Positions 57,033 through 64,000 of a stretch of 64,000 bases of DNA are shown piece after piece. This DNA is from Alphaproteobacteria bacterium. Its GTDB lineage: Bacteria > Pseudomonadota > Alphaproteobacteria > Micavibrionales > Micavibrionaceae. The position numbers and the translations under genes are program-made. Position 1 is the stretch's first letter, and every line of letters starts with the position of its first letter. The DNA is taken from the NCBI GenBank assembly GCA_030427385.1, contig JAUHWR010000001.1:1544042-1608041 (forward strand), given 5' to 3'. The notes beneath the pieces are model-generated. The model did not search any database, was not told the origin of the DNA, and saw only the letters and a program-made list of their open reading frames with translations.

Positions 57033-59158
57033 GAGATCACATCACTTTCCGGTAAAATAATAGAATAAGCCCATATTAATATCTGGACAATGGGGGCGAT
57101 TTTTTCCCCCGACATCATGACCTTGCCTGTTGCGGCAAAAGGTACATCCGACACATCTGGGGTTAAGGTTACTTTATACAAAGTTTGGCGCGGAACGATG
57201 CGCTCTTCTTCATATCCATTTGTGAAAAACTCACTATAGATAGAACCGCCATAGAGTGAGGATAATTCCTTTTTATCCAGACTGCTTATGTTTGTTTGCT
57301 CAATGTCTTGTACTTTTACGGGGATGGTATCAGCAAGAGCATAATCTGCCCGAAAACTCCCTTTTGTACCCGCCTTCAATCTTTCAAATTGCTGCTCTGT
57401 GACATAAGCACTTACTTTATAAACTTGTGGCTTTATGAGGCGAAATAGTAATTTTTCTTGTCCGACATATAGACCTTCATGCAAATCTTCGGCGCCGTCT
57501 TTAATAATACTGTCATAGGGCGCTTTAATAACAAGCTGTTCCTTTTTCACCTCGAAGGAGGATACTTTTAGTGATAATTCTTTGATTTCATTTTCTAATT
57601 GATCCAGATCCTCCCGCAGCAATGCCGCATCTGTTTGGCGGCGTCTCTTGATTTTCTCCAATTCCTGTAGCGAATTTTTGGCGATATTATAATCGCGTTC
57701 CAATTCTTCTGATTGCATGTAAATTAAGACTTCACTGGCTTTGACCATACGGTTTTCCGTGACATTTAAAGAGATAATTTGCGCAGGATATGGTGCATAA
57801 ATATCGCGATATTCCGCAGCATGAATTAAAGCGGGAATTTGCATACGCATATTTAAGGGAATAAATAATAAACACAAAGCGCATGCAAATAATAGAACGC
57901 TTATTTTGCCTCTCGCATGGATAAGAATGTCTTGCCTGCGAGTCGCCCATATTTTGAGCTCCGATAAGATGGGCTTACCTATAAACCACAGCAATTCAAT
58001 GCCCATAAGAATTAACCCAAGCGGCTTTGGGAATAACACATATACCAAATACGCAATCCCCAAAAATAGGAAGAAACGATAAATCAAAATGGCCCAGCCA
58101 AAGATGATAAAAAACTTTATTTTTTCTGGCCGCCCATATTCCGGGCACTCATCTTTCCATCCGAATAATGTTTTACGCAAAGCCCAGCGCGCACAGGCAA
58201 AAGAGCGTGCATGAAGGTTTTCTATGCTGAGCATATCGCTTAAAATGAAATATCCATCAAAGCGCATTAGCGGGTTTAGGTTAATCAATAATGAGCCGAT
58301 AAGTGAGATACTCACGATACTAAAAGCAATACTCTGCAATGTGCCGGGCGCGGAAAAATTCCAAATTAACAGAAAAATAGAGGCGAGCATTAATTCAATG
58401 CGTATCCCGGCAAGACCAATTTCAATCTTTTCTTTCTTAGAAGCCAAATGCCAGGCGGCCGTGGTTTCTGTGTAAAATACCGGATACATCACCATAAAGG
58501 CAATGCCCATATGCGGTACCTTTAACCCATATTTATGCGCAGTATATGCATGTCCAAGCTCATGAAATAATTTGATAATTGTAAATATTATGGCGATCAT
58601 CATTGCACCTTCTGCACTGAATAAGTCCATAAAAGTATGGATAAATTCATCCGCGCGCCCCAATGTCATGATCACGCCCAATATCAATAATAAAACACTA
58701 AAAAACGTTGCTTCTCTGGAGAATAAAAAAGCAAGATACGGATACGTCGCCTTTAAGAAATTTTGCGGGCGAAATATGGGCAAAGAAAAAAATAAATATT
58801 TATGAACCAGTTCAGATAATAACGATTTTTCTTTTTGGGGCGGGGTAAGGGGCAGCCCGTCTGTTTCTAAAATTAATCCATGTTGATTTAGAAATAACAA
58901 CAATTCCTTAAAAACATCCGTCTCCGGCTCCAGAGTGGTTTGATTATGTAGTAAAGACGCAAGATCATCATATGTTTCACAAAATGAAAAGCGGGACAGA
59001 TATTCAAATTCAACCCAGCCAATTTGAAAATATTGATGGGAAACGGGATGATATAACCGCCAGAATGGCTGCCCATCCTCATCAATGCCGCCCTTTATTA
59101 ACTTCAAATCCGGACTAAGGCGGGGTATTTTTGTATCGGCGCTTACCTCGAACATCAT
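57029..59158 (-). CDS. Fusion protein: cytoplasmic PqqD/RRE-like N-domain, polytopic S2P/M50 zinc metalloprotease, and HlyD-type membrane fusion (periplasmic adaptor) domain
   Basis: HELGH at 58550-58564 and NLNPLMRFDG at 58253-58282 (S2P HExxH and NxxPxxxxDG motifs) sit inside hydrophobic helices. At least six TM segments. The C-terminal 260 aa have a coiled coil (EELERDYNIAKNSLQELEKIKRRRQ...) plus beta-barrel segments typical of MFPs. Confidence 0.75.
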   Translation of the reverse strand: MMFEVSADTKIPRLSPDLKLIKGGIDEDGQPFWRLYHPVSHQYFQIGWVEFEYLSRFSFCETYDDLASLLHNQTTLEPETDVFKELLLFLNQHGLILETDGLPLTPPQKEKSLLSELVHKYLFFSLPIFRPQNFLKATYPYLAFLFSREATFFSVLLLILGVIMTLGRADEFIHTFMDLFSAEGAMMIAIIFTIIKLFHELGHAYTAHKYGLKVPHMGIAFMVMYPVFYTETTAAWHLASKKEKIEIGLAGIRIELMLASIFLLIWNFSAPGTLQSIAFSIVSISLIGSLLINLNPLMRFDGYFILSDMLSIENLHARSFACARWALRKTLFGWKDECPEYGRPEKIKFFIIFGWAILIYRFFLFLGIAYLVYVLFPKPLGLILMGIELLWFIGKPILSELKIWATRRQDILIHARGKISVLLFACALCLLFIPLNMRMQIPALIHAAEYRDIYAPYPAQIISLNVTENRMVKASEVLIYMQSEELERDYNIAKNSLQELEKIKRRRQTDAALLREDLDQLENEIKELSLKVSSFEVKKEQLVIKAPYDSIIKDGAEDLHEGLYVGQEKLLFRLIKPQVYKVSAYVTEQQFERLKAGTKGSFRADYALADTIPVKVQDIEQTNISSLDKKELSSLYGGSIYSEFFTNGYEEERIVPRQTLYKVTLTPDVSDVPFAATGKVMMSGEKIAPIVQILIWAYSIILPESDVIS

Positions 59159-59161
59159 GGG

Positions 59162-60493
59162 CTATACCCCCAACATACTACGCAGCGTGATTAACGGTCT
59201 GCGCAAGATTTTATAGATCAAGATAGTGCGTTGCCCATTAATTTTGGCAACACCTTTCCATCCGATGCGTATGTCCGCATCCTTATCATTTAAAAGCGCG
59301 CGGATTTTATAAGTTAGCAATCCATCAGCATCCGCACTGGCCTGATAACCTATGGTATCTATTGACGCGGCATAATTCACCAAAGGCGTGGCATTAGGAA
59401 AGAAGGAAATGTCTGCCTCTTCTCCCACTGGCAACATTGATTGCAAGGGAATACGAATTAAAAGCTCAACCTCGGCGGGATCGGCAATCTGCATGATGGG
59501 TTGTCCTGTCCGCACCGGTTTATTTTTCAAATCATTTTTATCGGCAAAGATAGCTATGCCGGCACGCGGCGCTTTAATGACGGCTTTGTCTAGTTGAGTT
59601 TTCGCATAATCCGCTTCGATCTCTTTGGTTTTAATCTCTGATAACAGACGATGCAGTTCCGTCTTTTTTTCAGGGCTTGATAAAACTTCTCTCTGTAATC
59701 GGGAAAGGCGGCTCAAAGACGCCCTATAAGCTTCCGAAGATGTGTCTGCTTGCAAAGTCAAAGAGTCCAAATCCATTTCTGCCACGGGCATGTTTTCGTC
59801 AACCTTGGAACCCGGATTAATCAGAACATTATTTAATATACCGTCAAATGGCACGCTGACGGTCATCGAGGATACCGCAATGACTTCGGCGGGCGCGCTG
59901 ATTGTTAATCTGACAGGTAGAAATGCAAGTAAACATAATATAATCCATATATATTTTCGATATGGCTTTACCTTGTCGGATAAAGGTAGAAAATCACGCT
60001 TATCTTTAACGCGGTTCAAAACCATGGCGCGCGTATAGTAAAATGATAATTCGTTTAAAATATGTGTATCGGCCTCACTTAATGGCGCTTCACGTTCCAG
60101 CCACAGACCGCCTAAAATTTGTTGATCTTCGCCGTATTTAAAAAATACAATTGAGGCATTCGGCGCGGAATATCCCAGCCATTCTTTAGTTTCCTCCTCT
60201 GATAATCCTGATAATTCAATGGGATGTATAATATCATCGACCTGGGAGCCTTTGATCTCTTTTTGCAAAACATCCTTCAGCCATATTCCGTGTGGGCCAT
60301 TAGGGTCAAGTACAGCATTGCCAGAAATGTTATGCAGATTGACCGTCTTACCACTCACCGTCCAAAAAACTGCCCTTCTGTAATCGACAATTTTTTTAGA
60401 GACATTTACCGCTAGAAAGCCGAGTTCCTTTAATGACGTCGTTTCCAGAGCCTGTTTTTGGATTTGGAGCAATAGCAGCGCCTTATCCATCAT
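59162..60493 (-). CDS. HlyD-type membrane fusion protein with an N-terminal cytoplasmic GAF-like domain
   Basis: About 175 aa of soluble N-domain ending ...QILGGLWLEREAPLSEADTHILNELSFYYTRAMVL (GAF-like by eye). One TM helix (YIWIILCLLAFLPV). Then lipoyl-like, coiled-coil and beta-barrel MFP segments (VIKAPRAGIAIF...VRTGQPIMQIADP). Confidence 0.65.
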   Translation of the reverse strand: MMDKALLLLQIQKQALETTSLKELGFLAVNVSKKIVDYRRAVFWTVSGKTVNLHNISGNAVLDPNGPHGIWLKDVLQKEIKGSQVDDIIHPIELSGLSEEETKEWLGYSAPNASIVFFKYGEDQQILGGLWLEREAPLSEADTHILNELSFYYTRAMVLNRVKDKRDFLPLSDKVKPYRKYIWIILCLLAFLPVRLTISAPAEVIAVSSMTVSVPFDGILNNVLINPGSKVDENMPVAEMDLDSLTLQADTSSEAYRASLSRLSRLQREVLSSPEKKTELHRLLSEIKTKEIEADYAKTQLDKAVIKAPRAGIAIFADKNDLKNKPVRTGQPIMQIADPAEVELLIRIPLQSMLPVGEEADISFFPNATPLVNYAASIDTIGYQASADADGLLTYKIRALLNDKDADIRIGWKGVAKINGQRTILIYKILRRPLITLRSMLGV

Positions 60494-61736
60494 TTGCCCC
60501 TGTTTGCACTGCTTGCTTCATTTTACTTAAACGTCTGTTATTTTGCATTTGTAAGGCAGTTTGCTCCTTTTGCGTTTCCAAATATCCTAGAATGCCCTGA
60601 TCACGGATTTTCAATGCGTTCACTTCAACCAGACCGCTCATCCCCGGTAATAACGGATCATTATACCCCTTTAGCGCCGCGCTCATTTGAATAGATTGAC
60701 TGACGGGGTCAACTTCACCGTAAATCTTTGTTATCTCTGCCTGATAAATTTCTCCTGTTTCGGATACTTTGACGCTCAATGGCGCGCCGATATTCACATA
60801 GCGCAACCATTTTGAGGGTAGAATAAACTGGACATCTAATTGATCGCGTGAAGCAATTTCCATTAAAACACGATCTGTGCGTGTATATTCCTGGGGATTT
60901 GCCAGGCGATTCGTGACACGCCCATCATAGGATGCGCGAATGATGCAAGCATCCATTTGAGATTTTAGCGTGCTATTTTGCGCTGTGGTTTTTTGTTCCT
61001 CAACCTTCAGCTCTTGCTGTTCCAGATCCGAAATAATATCAAGCTTGAACAGCTCTTGCCCTTGTTTTACACGTTTTTTTGCCAGATTTTCAGCCGCCTC
61101 AATTGCCGCGATTTCATCATTAAGATTTTGACAATCATACGTCAGCAAAATATCACCCGCCTGAAACACATCGCCATTATCAACATAAATATGCTCGATT
61201 TTGCCATCGCGGCTGCTGGAAATAACCGTCATTTTTTGCGGCACTAACACGCCTTCAACGCGCAAGATTTCGTCTTCTATATCATAGCGATATGACATCG
61301 GTTCAGATATAACAACGCCCTTGGGCGGCTCCTTGCGTTTGACAATAATACCATCGGTGCTTTCTTGATCATCCTGTGCAAGTTTATGCGGCGCAGAATC
61401 CGTAATTGTTTGTAATTCCTGTACATGCAAGATAGGGGCATGATCATGATTTCCAGAGCTAGGCTCAATATCCTGTAATGATACCCAAGAGCTGATATCA
61501 GGTTTTGCGAATAATCCTTGCGGGATTTGTACGGAAAAATTTAATTTTGATTGCCAATAGGTACTGGTTTCCTGAAACAGTTCCACAAATTCTTTGCCAT
61601 TGGGCAAGCCTACTTCTGGGATATAGCTCTTCGAAGCTTCCTGACGTTCGGTAACATAAAAAAATCCGCCACCTGCAAAAATACAGATGATCAGCCCCGT
61701 AAGGAGTATCCCGAATGTTTTTCTCTTCATTAACAT
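60483..61736 (-). CDS. HlyD/RND-adaptor-type membrane fusion protein
   Basis: N-terminal TM helix (FGILLTGLIICIFAGGGFFYV). Lipoyl-like VDNGDVFQAGDILLTYD, a coiled-coil hairpin, then IIRASYDGRVT... and GMSGLVEV. The start is uncertain (TTG 61742, ATG 61736 or ATG 61730). Overlaps the next gene by 11 nt. Confidence 0.75.
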   Translation of the reverse strand: MLMKRKTFGILLTGLIICIFAGGGFFYVTERQEASKSYIPEVGLPNGKEFVELFQETSTYWQSKLNFSVQIPQGLFAKPDISSWVSLQDIEPSSGNHDHAPILHVQELQTITDSAPHKLAQDDQESTDGIIVKRKEPPKGVVISEPMSYRYDIEDEILRVEGVLVPQKMTVISSSRDGKIEHIYVDNGDVFQAGDILLTYDCQNLNDEIAAIEAAENLAKKRVKQGQELFKLDIISDLEQQELKVEEQKTTAQNSTLKSQMDACIIRASYDGRVTNRLANPQEYTRTDRVLMEIASRDQLDVQFILPSKWLRYVNIGAPLSVKVSETGEIYQAEITKIYGEVDPVSQSIQMSAALKGYNDPLLPGMSGLVEVNALKIRDQGILGYLETQKEQTALQMQNNRRLSKMKQAVQTGANDG

Positions 61737-61840
61737 AACCAAGCAGACATGCCCAAGTGAATGGAATAGACTTTTCCACTTTTTATAATAAAGTAAAAAT
61801 CAAGACTGCGGAACGAAAAATCTAAAAAAACGATATTTTT

Positions 61841-63250
61841 CTAAGCTTTAATGCTGAATTGATTCGTTTTTTTACGGCAAATTGATTGGCACCAGAAATG
61901 CACGCTTGCCCCCGCAAGTACATTCACCCCGGCGATCGCCACAAATAATCCGGTAACGCCATAGTAAAAATGCCCGATATAGATGGCGGGAATCATAAGG
62001 AAAACCATCTTTACGACAATCATAACAAACGATAAATGCGGCATGCCCATGGCATTGAATGCCGATGCCCACCCATTCACCAAGTTTGAAAAAGCATAGG
62101 TCAGCGGCACAATCATAAAAAACAAGACAACATAATTGATAACGCCTTGGCCTTGTTGAAATAACGCGCCAATCTGTTCACCGAATATTAATAAAATTAA
62201 GGCCACTATCATCGAATAAATAACGGAAAACCCAATCGCCAGTCGCAGGGTTTCATTAACGCGGTCCATTTTTTTTGCGCCAAAATTCTGTCCTATAATT
62301 GGCGCCATGCCAACGGCAACACCCATAATTACTATAAATGCGAATGCCTCTATACGGCTGACAATGCCAAAAGCCGCAACGGCCTCAAGGCCAGATTTCG
62401 CCAAAAGTGTAATAATCAGCGCATTCACAACCGGCTGGATAGAATTCGTCAAACCCGCCGGAAGTGCAATAAATAACAACCTTTTGGCACTATCCCAAAA
62501 TAACTCAAAGCGTATGAGCTGCTGAAAGCAAATCAGGTTTTTTTTAACATATAGAACGTATAGCCCCGCGCACATAGCCGCGGCATTGGCAATGACGGTG
62601 GCAATCGCCGCGCCCTGAATTTCCAATCGTGGGAATCCCCATAATCCAAAAATCAATAATGGGTCCAAAATAATATTAACAACCGCAACAACCGTCATAA
62701 TTATTGCGGGCGTAAAAGCGTCCCCACTGGCACGAATGGCTGAATTGCCAACAAGAGGTATTGTTATAAAAACCACGCCTGCATACCAAACCGTCATGTA
62801 ATTAATCACTAATGGTAAGAGGTCCGGGTCTGCGCCCATTAATGTAAATAACCCGTTTTGTGACCAAAGTCCGATCCCCGCCAAAACTAAAGACAGCAAT
62901 AAAACCAGTAATAACCCTTGTGATGTAACGCGTTGCTGCACCTCGCGATTCCCCTCCCCGATCAGGCGAGATACCACGCTGGACATGGCGATGCCAAAGC
63001 CCATGACAAAGCTGAAGATCATATAGGTAATCGGGAATGTAAAGGTAACTGCGGCTAATTCCTCGGTGCCGAGTAACCCGATAAAATACATATCCACCAA
63101 CTGAAATGAAATAATCGCCCCGATCCCCCACATCATTGGCACTGATAAACGGGTTAAATGGGATTTAATTGCGCCCTTGGTTAAATCGCCCTTATTTTTA
63201 TAATGGGCAGGAATGTCGGCATCATCATCAAGGGCGGGCTCAGAACTCAT
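61841..63250 (-). CDS. MATE-family efflux transporter
   Basis: 12-TM protein. LTRLSVPMMWGIGAIISFQLVDMYFIGLLG is typical of the MATE N-terminus. The start was moved to the ATG at 63248-63250 (MSSEPALDDD...), which removes an improbable 72-aa extension that would run into the purL promoter region. Confidence 0.8.
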   Translation of the reverse strand: MSSEPALDDDADIPAHYKNKGDLTKGAIKSHLTRLSVPMMWGIGAIISFQLVDMYFIGLLGTEELAAVTFTFPITYMIFSFVMGFGIAMSSVVSRLIGEGNREVQQRVTSQGLLLVLLLSLVLAGIGLWSQNGLFTLMGADPDLLPLVINYMTVWYAGVVFITIPLVGNSAIRASGDAFTPAIIMTVVAVVNIILDPLLIFGLWGFPRLEIQGAAIATVIANAAAMCAGLYVLYVKKNLICFQQLIRFELFWDSAKRLLFIALPAGLTNSIQPVVNALIITLLAKSGLEAVAAFGIVSRIEAFAFIVIMGVAVGMAPIIGQNFGAKKMDRVNETLRLAIGFSVIYSMIVALILLIFGEQIGALFQQGQGVINYVVLFFMIVPLTYAFSNLVNGWASAFNAMGMPHLSFVMIVVKMVFLMIPAIYIGHFYYGVTGLFVAIAGVNVLAGASVHFWCQSICRKKTNQFSIKA

Positions 63251-63332
63251 GAGATAGGTATAGAAGTTTTTTCTGTCGATGAAAACAAAGAAAAGGCTTT
63301 TCCTTCCTATTGTTTCGATTGTATAAAACCAT

Positions 63333-64000
63333 ATGACACAAAATGCCCTGAAATCATCCGCCGCCACAATCCATGAGCCTGAAGTAACCTTTGAGCTTGC
63401 CAAAGGATATGGATTAAGCCGTGAAGAATATGACCTCATCTTAAATCGTTTAGAGCGCACGCCCACCCATACCGAAATAGGAATATTTTCAGTAATGTGG
63501 TCAGAGCATTGCTCCTATAAAACATCACGCATGCACCTTAAAACGCTGCCCACTAAGGCACCTTGGGTCATTCAAGGGCCGGGGGAAAATGCCGGAGTTA
63601 TTGATATCGGCGATAATCAGGCCGCCATATTTAAAATGGAATCTCATAATCACCCTTCTTATATTGAACCCTATCAAGGTGCAGCCACTGGCGTGGGCGG
63701 TATTATGCGCGATGTCTTTACAATGGGCGCACGCCCAATTGCGAATTTAAATGCGCTGCGTTTTGGGGATCCCTCCCATCCTAAGACACGGCATTTAATC
63801 AACGGGGTTGTCGCCGGAATTGCTGGATATGGCAATTGCATGGGCGTACCAACTGTTGGCGGAGAAACTCAATTTGACAGCAGTTATAACGGAAATATCC
63901 TTGTTAATGCCATGACTGTAGGTATTGCCGAACAAGATAAAATATTTTATGCACGCGGTGCATCCGTGGGTCAGCCGGTGGTTTATGTCGGGTCAAAAAC
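63333..64000 (+). CDS. purL: Phosphoribosylformylglycinamidine synthase subunit PurL (5' part, runs off the right edge)
   Basis: My own translation from the ATG at 63333 gives [66 protein letters not shown]...[12 protein letters not shown]...[27 protein letters not shown]. This is the canonical PurL N-terminus. It is absent from the ORF track because no stop codon lies within the window. Confidence 0.9.
   Translation, partial: MTQNALKSSAATIHEPEVTFELAKGYGLSREEYDLILNRLERTPTHTEIGIFSVMWSEHCSYKTSRMHLKTLPTKAPWVIQGPGENAGVIDIGDNQAAIFKMESHNHPSYIEPYQGAATGVGGIMRDVFTMGARPIANLNALRFGDPSHPKTRHLINGVVAGIAGYGNCMGVPTVGGETQFDSSYNGNILVNAMTVGIAEQDKIFYARGASVGQPVVYVGSK

Noticed and set aside
63251-63466. The 72-codon N-terminal extension of the MATE ORF, and the ORF-track starts of the EF-hand (29945), Wza-like (34357), ExoY-like (36067), Cys-rich (41987) and 90-aa (29856) genes.
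   Set aside because: In each case an internal ATG with a good SD yields a canonical N-terminus (signal peptide, lipobox or family-typical start). The extensions overlap neighbouring genes or promoter regions.

Overview
This looks like a chromosomal window from an alphaproteobacterium-like genome. The clues are the rpoZ-spoT pair, exo/gum-type EPS genes, GGAAC-N16/17-xGTT EcfG-type promoter boxes and a GTA/phage spike-fibre-like domain. It is moderately AT-rich by eye, and I could not run any composition or homology computation. Housekeeping genes flank the window: a fadN-like gene, spoT, rpoZ, an SDR, an ArsR regulator and a GT4 on the left; glpD-glpK-mmuM-galE in the middle; a MATE pump and purL on the right. 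Four accessory blocks lie between them. (1) 9.7-27.3 kb starts 230 bp after tRNA-Ser(GGA). It holds an inverse autotransporter with a phage/GTA spike-fibre-like passenger, an orphan 2427-aa TpsA/FHA-like exoprotein with no TpsB, and a 542-aa and a 1478-aa protein that share a LamG plus triple-repeat module. The 1478-aa protein also carries a clan GH-A-like glycosidase domain and RTX repeats. (2) 27.6-30.6 kb is a probable general-stress cluster (two PRC-barrel proteins, CsbD, an EF-hand protein) with two EcfG-like promoter boxes. (3) 30.6-41.4 kb is a Wzx-type EPS locus with a degenerate BY-kinase co-polymerase, no recognisable Wzy, and a 928-aa LamG-SGNH-LamG-SGNH protein. (4) 47.0-61.7 kb is the most interesting part. 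A ~2850-aa cadherin/LamG/C-type-lectin adhesin has no Sec signal and no RTX repeats. It sits directly downstream of a translationally coupled operon encoding three different HlyD-type membrane fusion proteins and a TolC-like lipoprotein. One fusion protein is joined to an intact S2P/M50 metalloprotease, and another carries a cytoplasmic GAF-like domain. The operon contains no ABC, RND or MFS pump. No CRISPR array, transposase, integrase or rRNA was seen. All family assignments come from motifs read by eye in the supplied translations.
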